Part shown: positions 1-13,568 of the stretch, in pieces | Layout of the letters: every line of letters starts with the position of its first letter | Numbering within the stretch: position 1 is the stretch's first letter | Assembly (NCBI GenBank): GCA_003962985.1 | Contig: RXKA01000058.1 | Coordinates: 11,051-75,050 of the forward strand | DNA: 64,000 nt | Source of the DNA: Pseudomonadota bacterium | GTDB lineage: Bacteria; Pseudomonadota; Gammaproteobacteria; Burkholderiales; UBA11063 | Direction of reading: 5' to 3' | The notes under the pieces: model-generated | Databases searched by the model: none | Told to the model about the DNA's origin: nothing | Seen by the model: only the letters and a program-made list of their open reading frames with translations | Position numbers and translations under genes: made by a program

Positions 1-223
1 CAGTAAGTTACTTCAATCAATGGTACTCAATAGAGCTTATCTTAACTATAGTTATATATTTTTGAGTAGATCTACATTATTGAGCTCTTATTATCTGAAT
101 TAGCTGCTATAACTCAGAATATTAAACTATATACAATGAGTGAACTCACTCAGTATTGGCTATATTTCACAAGAACATTTATATAAATAACAAAAGCTAA
201 CATTGAAATGTTAGCTTTGATGA

Positions 224-1918
224 TTATTTTTTCCACGTATCTTTTAAACCTACTGTTTTATTAAATACTAATTCGCCATCAGGACCATGATAATCATAGC
301 GATCTGCTACAAAATATCCCACACGTTCGAATTGGAAACGATCTTCTGGCTTAGCATTTAATATTGCAGGCTCAATGTATGCAGTTATAGTCTCTAATGA
401 ATGTGGATTAATGAACTCTTTGAAATCTCGTCCTTCCACACTATCTGGTGCTTGCTCAGTAAATAAACGCTCATATAAACGAACCGTTGCTTTAACTGAC
501 TTTGTGCAACTTACCCAATGAATCACACCTTTTACTTTACGACCTTCAGGATTTTTACCTAATGTATTCGAGTCAATTGAACAACGTAACTCTATAATTT
601 TACCATCAGCATCTTTGATAATCTCATCGCATTTGATTACATAGCTATGGCGTAGACGGACTTCTCCACCTAGAGTTAGACGTTGGAAACCTTTTTCGGG
701 AATTTCTTGAAAATCATCACTATCAATATAAATTTCTTTCGTTAATTCACATAAACGACTGCCAAATTCAGGATGATTCGGATGGAATCCAGCTTCACGT
801 GAACCAGTTTCACCATCTATATAATTAGTTAAGGTAACTTTAATTGGTTTTAACACCGCCATCACACGAGGTACATTATTTTCTAAATCCTCGCGGATTG
901 CGGTTTCTAAAAATGGCACATCAACATGATTTGGTGATTTGGAAATGCCACAACGTTTGGCAAATAAACGAATACCATCTGGGGTATAACCACGGCGACG
1001 CATACCCGCTATCGTTGGCATACGTGGATCATCCCAACCAGATACAATACCTTCTGTTACCAATTGATTTAATTTGCGTTTGCTAGTAACTGTATAACCT
1101 AATTCCAAACGAGAAAACTCAATTTGACGGGGGCGCGCAGGTAATAAACCCGCAGTAAATAACTTGTCAACCACCCAATCATATAACGGACGGTGATCTT
1201 CAAACTCCAATGAGCAGCACGAATGTGTGATGCCTTCCAGTGCATCAGAAATACAATGTGTATAATCATACATTGGATAAATTACCCATTTATCACCAGT
1301 GCGAATATGATGTGCACGTTTAATTCGATAGATGGCAGGATCACGCAAATTCATATTTGGCGAAGCCATATCAATTTTCAAACGCAAAACTTTAGCACCA
1401 TCAGCAAATTCACCAGCTTTCATCCGACGGAATAAATCTAGATTTTCTTCAATACTACGCTCACGGTATGGGCTATTCGTACCAGCTTTAGTTAAGGTTC
1501 CACGATATTCACGCATTTGTTCTGGTGTTAAATCATCCACATATGCTAGGTCATGGCTAATAAACCATTCAGCGAATTCATATAATTTCTCAAAATAATC
1601 AGAAGCATATTTAGGTTCGCCATTCCATTTGAAACCTAGCCAGCTAATGTTTTCTTTAATTGCTTGTACGTATTCATCATTCTCTTTTTCTGGGTTGGTA
1701 TCATCAAAGCGAAGGTTACATAGACCAGCATAATCTTCTGCTACCCCAAAATTATGACAAATTGCCTTGGCATGTCCCACATGTAAATAACCATTGGGTT
1801 CTGGTGGAAATCGGGTAATAATTTGGCTGTGTTTGCCTGTTTTCAAATCATCTTCAATGATTGCACGGATAAAATTACCTGCAACTGTCGTTTCATTAGT
1901 TTCTATTTTTTCTGTCAT
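224..1918 (-). CDS. glnS: Glutamine--tRNA ligase
   Basis: [15 protein letters not shown] (HIGH motif), [14 protein letters not shown] (KMSKS-like) and C-terminal FQFERVGYF; 564 aa. Confidence 0.98.
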   Translation of the reverse strand: MTEKIETNETTVAGNFIRAIIEDDLKTGKHSQIITRFPPEPNGYLHVGHAKAICHNFGVAEDYAGLCNLRFDDTNPEKENDEYVQAIKENISWLGFKWNGEPKYASDYFEKLYEFAEWFISHDLAYVDDLTPEQMREYRGTLTKAGTNSPYRERSIEENLDLFRRMKAGEFADGAKVLRLKIDMASPNMNLRDPAIYRIKRAHHIRTGDKWVIYPMYDYTHCISDALEGITHSCCSLEFEDHRPLYDWVVDKLFTAGLLPARPRQIEFSRLELGYTVTSKRKLNQLVTEGIVSGWDDPRMPTIAGMRRRGYTPDGIRLFAKRCGISKSPNHVDVPFLETAIREDLENNVPRVMAVLKPIKVTLTNYIDGETGSREAGFHPNHPEFGSRLCELTKEIYIDSDDFQEIPEKGFQRLTLGGEVRLRHSYVIKCDEIIKDADGKIIELRCSIDSNTLGKNPEGRKVKGVIHWVSCTKSVKATVRLYERLFTEQAPDSVEGRDFKEFINPHSLETITAYIEPAILNAKPEDRFQFERVGYFVADRYDYHGPDGELVFNKTVGLKDTWKK

Positions 1919-1923
1919 ATTTT

Positions 1924-2496
1924 TTATTCCTCTATAAATCTTTCACTTGGTAAACCTAACCACTTTAACGGTATTTCATCAAATACATAGTGACAATTCA
2001 TTGAATTGATGTAATCTAATACATCCTTATATTCGTCTTTACCAAACCACTCTTTGTTTAGCACATAAATAAATTCAACCTTATAGTTTAATGGCTTAAC
2101 TAATTTTTGATACTGTTTACGTTTGAAATCACAAGTTTGCAGTTTTTCATCCACAGAACCTGACACCTCTTGATACTTTACTTCAATAATAAATAACGTA
2201 TCTCTTATCACTATCAGTAATGCGGTATCTGGCAATAATCTTTTACTTAAATAATCACGCCAGTTAATGCCACACTCAAGTTCAATAAAATTATAAAAAT
2301 TATGTTTTTCAAATATTCGTGCAACAATATTCCCATCAAACTTTAATAATAAACCAACTTTTTTATTCTGGATTAACGGTGCAGGCTCAACACTATAACC
2401 ATCAATTTTTAAAAATATATTTGCTATGCTAACTTTACGTTCAAATGCTAAACCTGTTTTATTTGTATTTGCACCACCAACACCATCTTTTATCAT
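1924..2496 (-). CDS. Putative restriction endonuclease, PD-(D/E)XK fold
   Basis: N-terminal helix GLAFE, then LLPD...FIIEVKYQ (PD-Xn-EXK); lies directly downstream of two adenine methyltransferases. Confidence 0.7.
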   Translation of the reverse strand: MIKDGVGGANTNKTGLAFERKVSIANIFLKIDGYSVEPAPLIQNKKVGLLLKFDGNIVARIFEKHNFYNFIELECGINWRDYLSKRLLPDTALLIVIRDTLFIIEVKYQEVSGSVDEKLQTCDFKRKQYQKLVKPLNYKVEFIYVLNKEWFGKDEYKDVLDYINSMNCHYVFDEIPLKWLGLPSERFIEE

Positions 2497-2728
2497 TTTA
2501 CTAACCTCATTATTAATTTATCTATAACTAGCCTTACTAACCACATCCCAAATTGTTGGATTATCTCGTAATTTTTCTAATAAACCTTGAAATAAAAATA
2601 ATTTACCATCTGGATAATTAGTTTTCTCTTGCATCATTAATACTATTATGTCACAATCTCTCTTAGTGTCGTGTAAATTAGCAATTTATATTTACCGTTT
2701 ACCAACAGTTCTTTTAATGCAATGCTTA

Positions 2729-3517
2729 TCATATTACATGTTCCAATCTATTTATAGACAGATCCAAATATTCTTGCATAATATCAATACCAACAAATTT
2801 TCTTCCTAATTTTTTAGCAGCTACACCTGTAGTTGAACTTCCTGTAAATGGGTCTAAAATCAAGCTCCCTTCATTGGTACAAGACATGATAATTCGCTGT
2901 AACAATTCTAGAGGTTTCTGCGTAGGATGTTTCCCAAATTGTTTTTCTTCTTTCTTTGGTGGATTTATTGCCCAGACAGATCGCATTTGTGTATTTGGCT
3001 TTTTGATAAAATCACTACCCCAATCACCATTTTTCATCAAATCATAATTAAATATGTGCTTTGTTTTCTGTCCTTTACGAGCCCAAATCAAACTTTCATG
3101 ACTTGCCGTAAAAAATCTACAACTTAAATTCGGTGATGCATTTGGTTTGAACCATATAATATCATTTAATACCTTAAAATCAAATTCAGCTAATGCCATA
3201 GCACACTGATAAATAGAATGATATGTGCCGCTAATCCAAATTGTCCCACCAGGTTTTAAAACTCGATAACATTCTGATATCCATGATAAATGGAATCTAT
3301 AATTATCAAGTTGTGATCCTCCAATATCCCATTTGCCCTTGACAACACTAACCGCTATTCCATTTTGACATGTAAATGAGCCATTAGATAGAAAATAAGG
3401 TGGATCCGCAAATATCATATCAAACTTGTTACTTGGGATTTCTTTCATTACTTCCACGCAATCACCAAGATAGAGCCAACAATTTTTACAGGTGTAAAAT
3501 GGATTACTTATATTCAT
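2729..3517 (-). CDS. DNA adenine methyltransferase, beta class (DpnA/M2.MboI-like)
   Basis: Catalytic MIFADPPYFLSNG near the N-terminus, HPTQKP, and SAM-binding LDPFTGSSTTG near the C-terminus (beta order). Confidence 0.92.
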   Translation of the reverse strand: MNISNPFYTCKNCWLYLGDCVEVMKEIPSNKFDMIFADPPYFLSNGSFTCQNGIAVSVVKGKWDIGGSQLDNYRFHLSWISECYRVLKPGGTIWISGTYHSIYQCAMALAEFDFKVLNDIIWFKPNASPNLSCRFFTASHESLIWARKGQKTKHIFNYDLMKNGDWGSDFIKKPNTQMRSVWAINPPKKEEKQFGKHPTQKPLELLQRIIMSCTNEGSLILDPFTGSSTTGVAAKKLGRKFVGIDIMQEYLDLSINRLEHVI

Positions 3518-3519
3518 TA

Positions 3520-4434
3520 TTAAAAAACTAGTGATACATTTTTTATAATTAACTCTGTTACAGCTTTTCTACTACTTGCCGCAGCACTTACCGTACGAGT
3601 TACACTTACTCGCAGTATATCAAATCTATGATATAAATTATCAAAGAATCTATTCTCAATATCCACACTACTAGGATCTGAGTTAGATAAAATAATTTTT
3701 GCACCATATGAATCTATTTCTTCATAATAATGTGCCAATCTTATTTGATCTCCATCATCAAAATCAGCACCATGATATTTAGTAAAGCTTGATGTTTTAC
3801 TAATTGGTTTATACGGCGGATCTAGATATACCAGTGTATCTTTTGTTATAAATTTTCTTGTTAATTCAAAGTCACCACAAATAATTTGTACATCTTGTAA
3901 TAAATCAGAACAATTCAATAGATTATGTGTATCACAAATCACTGGCTTCTTATATTTACCAAACGGTACATTAAATTTGCCTGAACTATTTTGTCTGTAT
4001 AAACCATTAAAGCAAGTTTTATTTAAGAAAATAAATTGCGCGGCTCTGGTAATAGACTTAGTACAAAAGTAACTATTATAATCCACAATAGACTGTTGGT
4101 CATTATATTGATTCCTTATGTCATAAAACATCAACTCTCGATCTTCAAATTCCATAGATGAATACTGAATTTGTAAGCTAGATAAAGTATCAATCAAGTC
4201 TAATACACTATATTTTATTATGTTATATGTTAGAATCAGATCGGTATTTATATCAGAAATTACAGCATTTTGTATTCTATTATGAGATTTTAACCAAAAA
4301 AATAATGCACCACCACCAATAAAAGGCTCTACATAGTTTACAACTGGCTCTGGGCATATTTCTAGAATAATTTGAGATAACTGTGGAATTAATTGAGTTT
4401 TACCACCAACCCACTTAATAAATGGTTTTGCCAT
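3520..4434 (-). CDS. DNA adenine methyltransferase, alpha class (Dam/DpnM-like)
   Basis: KPFIKWVGGK, YVEPFIGGGALFF, LNKTCFNGLYRQNSSGKFNVPFG and YLDPPY are Dam-family motifs. Confidence 0.94.
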   Translation of the reverse strand: MAKPFIKWVGGKTQLIPQLSQIILEICPEPVVNYVEPFIGGGALFFWLKSHNRIQNAVISDINTDLILTYNIIKYSVLDLIDTLSSLQIQYSSMEFEDRELMFYDIRNQYNDQQSIVDYNSYFCTKSITRAAQFIFLNKTCFNGLYRQNSSGKFNVPFGKYKKPVICDTHNLLNCSDLLQDVQIICGDFELTRKFITKDTLVYLDPPYKPISKTSSFTKYHGADFDDGDQIRLAHYYEEIDSYGAKIILSNSDPSSVDIENRFFDNLYHRFDILRVSVTRTVSAAASSRKAVTELIIKNVSLVF

Positions 4435-4623
4435 ACTTTCCTTAGCTCTTTCAACTTATAATAAGTTGCTAAAATTAATTACACTTGATGACTTAATATC
4501 GCATTGTTGCATACTAAAACCTTATAAATACTATAAAGTCTCTACATTGTCATCTAAAATATTATACACTTCGTCTAAATTAATATAAAAATTTTTCATG
4601 ATAAAAATTTCCTATACACAAAA

Positions 4624-5274
4624 TTAATCATTCCCATCTGTATCTTTATCAGCAATATGATCTCGCTCGATAACTTCATCCAAGAGCTTATCCCACAATG
4701 AACCAGATAACTCGGTAACAGTTTGTGATAGCTTATTACTAATAAATTTTAACCGTGCCAATTCAAGGCGTTGCAAGTGATCAGAATCAATTGATGATAC
4801 CTCGCTAGTAATATCTCTGACTTGGTTAGTTATCTGGGTAATTTGATCATTAAATAACTTCACATGTTGGTTATGGTTATACTTCAGTTCACGCAATACT
4901 TCTTTCAACTTACGACGATCATTTTTAAACGTTTGTGGCGTAGATGACACCATAATAGTGATTATTTTTGATTCACTAACATTATCATACGTAAGTTGCT
5001 TAACTGTAGTAATAAAACTATCCTTTTGCTCCAACAAATTATCTTTATTTATCTCGTTAAACCGATTAATAATTTGCGTGTTGATATCTTGCTCATGATG
5101 TAATTCAAGTGCCGATTCTTTCAAGGCATCAAGATGTTTATCTATTTGCACCATTTGTGCATATACATCTTTGGCTACATACTGGTCATGTTCACGTTCG
5201 TAGAATTTATAACCAACTACACCAAGAATTAACACAATTATAATCAATATTGAAAGTATTTTATGATTTCTCAT
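4624..5274 (-). CDS. Hypothetical membrane-anchored helical (coiled-coil-like) protein
   Basis: One N-terminal hydrophobic segment followed by amphipathic helical sequence; overlaps the acyltransferase stop by 4 nt. Confidence 0.6.
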   Translation of the reverse strand: MRNHKILSILIIIVLILGVVGYKFYEREHDQYVAKDVYAQMVQIDKHLDALKESALELHHEQDINTQIINRFNEINKDNLLEQKDSFITTVKQLTYDNVSESKIITIMVSSTPQTFKNDRRKLKEVLRELKYNHNQHVKLFNDQITQITNQVRDITSEVSSIDSDHLQRLELARLKFISNKLSQTVTELSGSLWDKLLDEVIERDHIADKDTDGND

Positions 5275-6362
5275 GATGCCTTACCAAACAATTGTTTACC
5301 ATATTTTATACCACCCATTTCAACGTATCGATAACTAATCCATGATACTAGTGTAGCAAGCATAATTGTCAATACTTTTACTAATACAAGATTATCGCCA
5401 TTACGTAATAAGCAATAGCTTAAACCATATAATACTGGCAAATGAAATAAATATAACGAGTACGAAATTTTGCCATAAAACTGCAAAATAGTATTATGTA
5501 AAAATGCTTGCAATACTTTATTATAAATCCCATTAAGCAGAATTATAAAACATCCTCCTGCAATGATTACTTCATGCAATAACCGATTGGTAATCATACC
5601 ATAAGTCAGATAATTACTGAAGTATAATCCACATCCGATAACCAGAACCCACCACTGAGCAAGAAGTCTTAGCCGATGATGAATCGTATACAATAAAGCG
5701 CCCAAGAGAAAATACCAGAGGTAATAAACAATCCCTTGCCACGGATCATTCAAAAATTGCCCCGTCTGCCATAATCTAATGCTGATGAAACCAAGGCAAG
5801 CCACAATTACTATTCGTAATAGCCAACCACCGCGACCAAGAGCATAAATGAAAAACGGAAATAATACTGATATCCACATTTCATAAAATAATGACCACAC
5901 CGCAACATTGAGACTACTACCTTCATGGCTAATTAAACTAATTGACCCTAACCATAATGGTGTATCAAAATTAGTTTTAGACCAGATATAAAACCAATCG
6001 GTTAGATTATTACCACTTAATGCACTGGGGAAATAATCTCTAATTATGAATAACAATGCCCCTGAAAATATTAATGCGACATAGTAAGCAGGATAAATTC
6101 GCAAAATACGCCGACCAATAAATTTGCCATAATCACTTAGTTGGTAATCACGCAATTGATGCATTAATACAAAACCGCTGAGAACAAAAAATAAAATCAC
6201 GGCTTCATGACCAGCACAAAAAAATAGCCATGGTTTAAAGCGTGCATCCGATGGATGATTCATTTCCCAAAAATGTTGAAATATAACCATCAATGCGGCG
6301 ATTCCGCGTAGAGCATCAAGCGCTACATATTTATGTCTAACTGGAGTTAAATTATTAGTCAT
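5271..6362 (-). CDS. Acyltransferase family 3 (OafA-like) membrane protein
   Basis: LDALRGIAA, AVILFFVLSGFV, RRILRIYPAY, WSLFYEM and GKISYSLYLFH motifs; about 10 TM segments. Confidence 0.92.
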   Translation of the reverse strand: MTNNLTPVRHKYVALDALRGIAALMVIFQHFWEMNHPSDARFKPWLFFCAGHEAVILFFVLSGFVLMHQLRDYQLSDYGKFIGRRILRIYPAYYVALIFSGALLFIIRDYFPSALSGNNLTDWFYIWSKTNFDTPLWLGSISLISHEGSSLNVAVWSLFYEMWISVLFPFFIYALGRGGWLLRIVIVACLGFISIRLWQTGQFLNDPWQGIVYYLWYFLLGALLYTIHHRLRLLAQWWVLVIGCGLYFSNYLTYGMITNRLLHEVIIAGGCFIILLNGIYNKVLQAFLHNTILQFYGKISYSLYLFHLPVLYGLSYCLLRNGDNLVLVKVLTIMLATLVSWISYRYVEMGGIKYGKQLFGKAS

Positions 6363-6880
6363 TAACTAATCGCATCCACAGCTTCAAGAGTTTGTCCAGC
6401 GCTCAATCGCATTGGATATAAAACCCCTTCCAGATGATCATATTCATGTTGTAACACTCGTGCAAAAAAACCACTGTCACATCCTTGTTGTAAGACACCA
6501 AATTCATCATAATATTTGTAACCAATGCTCTTTGGACGTGTTACCCGACCACGAAAACCACGAACGGATAAGCATCCTTCATTAAATACAGATACTTCAT
6601 CACCAATTATAGTTAGTTCAGGATTGATAATCACCGTAAAATCACAATCACCAGTATCACTGTAACGAGCAATTTCATGTTGGTAATACTCAATCACGAT
6701 TACACGTTTATTCACACCGATTTGCGGTGCAGCAATACCCACACCACCAGCAGCTTTTTGAGTATCACGCAAATTTTGGATTAATTGCAATAATTCAGCC
6801 GAACCAAATTCGCTCTCTGTAATTGGAACAGATTTTTCTAGAAGACATGGATCGCCAATCTGTTTTATTTGAACTTGCAT
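6362..6880 (-). CDS. def: Peptide deformylase
   Basis: GVGIAAPQIG, EGCLS and QHEYDHLEG metal-binding motifs. Confidence 0.96.
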   Translation of the reverse strand: MQVQIKQIGDPCLLEKSVPITESEFGSAELLQLIQNLRDTQKAAGGVGIAAPQIGVNKRVIVIEYYQHEIARYSDTGDCDFTVIINPELTIIGDEVSVFNEGCLSVRGFRGRVTRPKSIGYKYYDEFGVLQQGCDSGFFARVLQHEYDHLEGVLYPMRLSAGQTLEAVDAIS

Positions 6881-7015
6881 AATTATCCTATCTCAGTGCG
6901 TCAGGAAATATCTGTTAATTAAATCGATAAATTGTGTATAATTATACCATATAACCCGAGTCTTCTACCGAACAGGGTTGCTAGTTTAATGATGTCTGCA
7001 CTGTATTGATTATTT

Positions 7016-7738
7016 ATGAAATTAATTTTTATTTCCGATTTGCATTTAGCACACGATACTCCCGAAAAAAATCAGCTTTTCTATGCGTTACTAAAAAACT
7101 GGCGCGGTAAAGTTGACGCGCTATATATTTTAGGAGATTTTTTTGATTATTGGTTGGGGGATGATGATGATAACCAATTCATCCGCGAGATAAAATCAGC
7201 ATTGTGTGAATTTAGTCAAATTACGCCAATTTATTTTCGTGGTGGCAATCATGATTTTGCCGTTGGTAAGCGATTTGCACAAGAAACAAGAATTACGCTT
7301 ATCCCTGATATGACTACTCTTTATACTGGTAAACATAAGCTACTACTCAGTCACGGTGATACCTTCTGTACTTTGGATATTGGTTACCAAAAAATGAAAC
7401 GCGTTTTTCAAAATCCAATCGTGATGTTTATTCTGCGACGTATCCCGATCCGTCTACGCTATAAAATCAAAGAACATATGGAACAAGGATCACAAAAAAG
7501 TAACTACATTCCTAAACCTGATTATGTATATAATGTAGTGGATGAAACTATGGTTAATTATGCAAAACAATATGGTGCTGATACCATCATCCATGGGCAT
7601 ACCCATCACCCAGGTTGCTATACTATTGCGAATAGTCACGTGGTTCGTTATGAAACACCAGATTGGGAAGATAATCCCGCAGGAGCATTATTATTCTATG
7701 ATGACGGTGAATTTAGCTTTCTCACTCAAGATAACTAA
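7016..7738 (+). CDS. lpxH: UDP-2,3-diacylglucosamine diphosphatase
   Basis: FISDLHL, LGDFFDYWLGDD, GNHDF, HGD and IHGHTH metallophosphoesterase motifs. Confidence 0.93.
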   Translation: MKLIFISDLHLAHDTPEKNQLFYALLKNWRGKVDALYILGDFFDYWLGDDDDNQFIREIKSALCEFSQITPIYFRGGNHDFAVGKRFAQETRITLIPDMTTLYTGKHKLLLSHGDTFCTLDIGYQKMKRVFQNPIVMFILRRIPIRLRYKIKEHMEQGSQKSNYIPKPDYVYNVVDETMVNYAKQYGADTIIHGHTHHPGCYTIANSHVVRYETPDWEDNPAGALLFYDDGEFSFLTQDN

Positions 7739-7765
7739 AAACACGCATTAAACTGCGTGTTTTTA
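7736..7765. terminator. Bidirectional intrinsic terminator between lpxH and cdd
   Basis: taaaaacacgca-ttaaac-tgcgtgttttta, perfect 12-bp inverted repeat between convergent genes. Confidence 0.85.
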
Positions 7766-7787
7766 AGTTGAATATCCTCAAAAGGAA

Positions 7788-8291
7788 TTAATCTTGTTGC
7801 AACATTGCCTTACTATACGCCAATGGCAGCATACTATAAACACCTGTTGCTACATACACTTTACCGCTTTGTCCTGCCATTATTACACGGATAGGCTTAC
7901 CACCATCATCTTCAGCTTCTAATAATAACTGACGACATTTACCACAAGGTGTAATAGGCATATCACTATTTGTACCAGGATTCATATTTTGAAAAGAAAC
8001 CGCAATACTCTCCATTGTGAATTTATCAAAAATAGAGTGTAGATATAATAGTAGATTTTGTTCTGCACAGGTAATGATTGAGGTATTTTCTTTATTTGAA
8101 CTACGATAAATCTTACCATCGCTTAAACGTGCGGCTGCACCAACATTAAAATGAGAAAATTGTGGTGATGCAGTTGTAACTGCAACATGCGCTTGCTCCA
8201 AAAGTTCACGATCAGCCTCATTCAAATCTTCTTTAGATGAGTATTCTTCGTAAGTAAAATTAATAATTTTCTTTTCCATATCTCGATTCAC
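7788..8291 (-). CDS. cdd: Cytidine deaminase (single-domain type)
   Basis: FNVGAA, N.EN, CAE and PCGKCRQ zinc-site motifs. Confidence 0.85.
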   Translation of the reverse strand: MNRDMEKKIINFTYEEYSSKEDLNEADRELLEQAHVAVTTASPQFSHFNVGAAARLSDGKIYRSSNKENTSIITCAEQNLLLYLHSIFDKFTMESIAVSFQNMNPGTNSDMPITPCGKCRQLLLEAEDDGGKPIRVIMAGQSGKVYVATGVYSMLPLAYSKAMLQQD

Positions 8292-8310
8292 CTCTAAAAA
8301 TTATTCAAAA

Positions 8311-8332
8311 GGCTTAATCCTAAGATTAAGCC
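8311..8332 (-). terminator. Intrinsic terminator after gyrB
   Basis: ggcttaatc-ctaa-gattaagcc hairpin followed by a T run on the minus strand. Confidence 0.7.
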
Positions 8333-8349
8333 CAACACTAAACACAAAA

Positions 8350-10764
<2,415 letters not shown>

Positions 10765-10878
10765 TTAAAAATCCACTTATGAATATTGTTGCGCATTTAG
10801 TATTTAAACCGTTGTACGCATAATTTTTTTAGCTGTTTTAATCAAAAACAAGCTTATTGGTAGACGACCTATCCTTTA

Positions 10879-11982
10879 TTAGGCACGTAATGGCATAATT
10901 ACATATTTGAAATTAACTTCATTTGGCACTGTTACCAACACACTGCGTTGATTATCAAAAAACGCCCATTGTAAGTTATCTTCATGGCTACTATTTAGTA
11001 CATCCATGATATATGTAATATTGAAGTTCAAACGTAATTCTGCAGAACCCTCATATTGCACAACTAATTCATCGCGTGAATCTTCTTGTTCTTCATTGCG
11101 ACAACTAATCGTTAATAAGTTCTGTTTTAATTCCAAAGTTAATGTTTTAAGCTTGTCGATACCGATTACTGCCACACGCTGTACTGACCGCAAAAATTCC
11201 TCACGATTAATTAATGCTAATTTATCATTAGTCAATGGAATTACTCGCTCATAATCAGGATATTTACCATCGATTACTTTAGAAATTAATTGTTTATTTG
11301 GCGTCTCAAAAATCACTTGGTGCGGATATAATTTGATAGTGATACTATCATCACTATCTTCTAGCAAGCGATACATTTCCAAAACCGTCTTACGTGGCAA
11401 AATCACGCTAATGTCGGGTAGTGCCTCAGTTAATGTAAACTTAACAAACCCTAAACGATGAGCATCTGTTGCTACCAAGCGTAATTCATTATTTTTAACT
11501 TCTAATAGCATCCCATTTAAAAATACTCGCGTATCATTAACTGCCATTGAGTATTGAACCTTGCTAATCAAACTACGTAACACATTCTGAGGAATAGTGA
11601 ATTTTGCAACACAATCATCATTAATGCGCAATAATGGATAATGATCGGCAGGTAGACTTTGCAAAGTAAATTTAGCTCGTCCAGCTTTGACAATAGTCTT
11701 ACTATCATTGATATCTAATGATACTTCCCCATCTGGTACCGCTTTTAAAATATCTTGGAACTTTTTCCCTGGCAATGTAATGGTAAAATCATCCCCAACC
11801 ATACCATCTTCAACAGAGAGAGTTGCTTGAATATCCATATCACTTGCAACTAGTGTAATGGTATTTCCAGATTTTTTGATGTACACATTCGACAAAATTG
11901 GCATAGTTTGTTTTTTCTCGACAAACCCAATTGCCTGTGTTAATGGCTTTAAAATAGTATCTCGCTGAAAGGTTAATAACAT
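10879..11982 (-). CDS. dnaN: DNA polymerase III beta clamp
   Basis: 367 aa; MPILSNV, VATDAHRL, GKYPDYERVIP, YVIMPLR; lies between dnaA and gyrB. Confidence 0.98.
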   Translation of the reverse strand: MLLTFQRDTILKPLTQAIGFVEKKQTMPILSNVYIKKSGNTITLVASDMDIQATLSVEDGMVGDDFTITLPGKKFQDILKAVPDGEVSLDINDSKTIVKAGRAKFTLQSLPADHYPLLRINDDCVAKFTIPQNVLRSLISKVQYSMAVNDTRVFLNGMLLEVKNNELRLVATDAHRLGFVKFTLTEALPDISVILPRKTVLEMYRLLEDSDDSITIKLYPHQVIFETPNKQLISKVIDGKYPDYERVIPLTNDKLALINREEFLRSVQRVAVIGIDKLKTLTLELKQNLLTISCRNEEQEDSRDELVVQYEGSAELRLNFNITYIMDVLNSSHEDNLQWAFFDNQRSVLVTVPNEVNFKYVIMPLRA

Positions 11983-11995
11983 AACTTACTCCACA

Positions 11996-13453
11996 TTAAT
12001 TCTGCAACATTTGCAATAATAACTTATAGTCGCGATCGATTTTCTCATCCGTATCACGTAATCCCGCAATTGTTTTTTGTGCATGTAGCACGGTTGTATG
12101 ATCTCGTCCACCAAAAGCATCCCCAATTGCAGGTAGGCTATGTTGCGTAAGTTCTTTACATAAACTCATAGCAACTTGCCGCGGACGAGTAATAATTTGC
12201 GTGCGTTTTTTTGATAATAAATCTGAAATCTTTAGTTTATAAAAATCACACACGGTCTTTTGAATATCATCAATTGAGATTATACGTGACTCACCAGCGA
12301 TAATATCAATGAGCGCTTCTTTCGCCACGCCAACAGTCAATCCAACTCGTGAAAATTTAGCATGATAAATAACTTTATTTAATGCTCCTTCTAATTCACG
12401 TACATTGGATTTAATATTTTGGGCAATAAAAAATGCAATATCATCTTCCAAATCAATTTTACTACGCAGTGCTTTATTTTTTAAGATTGCTACGCGCATT
12501 TCTAATTCTGGTGGTTGAATCTCAACCGTTAAACCAGAGGAAAAACGTGAAATCAAGCGATCATTTAAATTATCAATATTTTTAGGATAAGTATCACAAG
12601 TCATAATAACCTGTTTACCTTTTTCTAATAAATTATTGAAGGTATAAAAAAACTCTTCTTGGGTTTTTGTTCTATCCCCTGCTATGAATTGAATATCATC
12701 CATCAATAATAAATCTAGTCCGTTATAATATTTTTTGAATGCATCAAAACCATTACTCATTGAAGCCTTCACGACATCCTGAATATAATCATTAGCATGT
12801 AAATAACGAATTTTGGCATTTGGGTTCTTCCGATGAATTTCATTACCAATTGCTTGCATCAAATGCGTTTTACCCAAACCTACCCCACCATAAATAAAGA
12901 GTGGATTATGATTACGATTACCAGGTTCTTGAGTTACATGCATCCCAATTGCAACCGCTAATTGATTTGAATTACCACGGACAAATGTATCAAAGTTATA
13001 ATCTTTATTGAGCTTAGTTGACTCATGCAACTGAGCCAAAACCTGCTTATCTTGTCGCGCTTTGCTGATAATAACAGGCTTAGATTTTGCTGGAGTATCA
13101 CTTGCTTCAAGTTTGTTATCAAAACCCGCCGTAGTTTTTTTCATTGCTACAGGTTGTGATTCACTAATTTGCTCAGTATTTTGCTTGAGGTTTAAAGTTG
13201 AACGCGTTGCCGACACTACCAACTTAACGGGTACATCGCCCGTTAGCTCTAATAGTACTGGGGTAATTTTATGCCAATATTTTTTGGTCACAAAATCATA
13301 AATCAAGCGATTGGACGCAACAATCTCCAAAACACCATCTTTAACCTGCGGTTGCAATGTTTTAAGCCATGTATTAAATTCAGTTTCACTGACAATATCT
13401 TGGTCTTTCACAAGCATTAGGCACTGCTGCCATATAATTTCTAATTCTGTCAT
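11996..13453 (-). CDS. dnaA: Chromosomal replication initiator DnaA
   Basis: YNFDTFVRG, NPLFIYGGVGLGKTHL, DDIQF, NVRELEGAL and GGRDHTTVLHA; long domain II linker. Confidence 0.99.
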   Translation of the reverse strand: MTELEIIWQQCLMLVKDQDIVSETEFNTWLKTLQPQVKDGVLEIVASNRLIYDFVTKKYWHKITPVLLELTGDVPVKLVVSATRSTLNLKQNTEQISESQPVAMKKTTAGFDNKLEASDTPAKSKPVIISKARQDKQVLAQLHESTKLNKDYNFDTFVRGNSNQLAVAIGMHVTQEPGNRNHNPLFIYGGVGLGKTHLMQAIGNEIHRKNPNAKIRYLHANDYIQDVVKASMSNGFDAFKKYYNGLDLLLMDDIQFIAGDRTKTQEEFFYTFNNLLEKGKQVIMTCDTYPKNIDNLNDRLISRFSSGLTVEIQPPELEMRVAILKNKALRSKIDLEDDIAFFIAQNIKSNVRELEGALNKVIYHAKFSRVGLTVGVAKEALIDIIAGESRIISIDDIQKTVCDFYKLKISDLLSKKRTQIITRPRQVAMSLCKELTQHSLPAIGDAFGGRDHTTVLHAQKTIAGLRDTDEKIDRDYKLLLQMLQN

Positions 13454-13568
13454 ATTATGATTTATTTTCTATAGTAATAGTACGACTATGATATCATTAT
13501 TTTACCAGAATTACTGTATAAATATTACACTATATTTAAAGAGAACACTTTTATACCTGATAGGATTT

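Noticed and set aside
13454-13568. oriC or DnaA boxes upstream of dnaA
   Set aside because: The best match is 7/9 (TTATACAGT on the minus strand); there is no cluster and no clear DUE.
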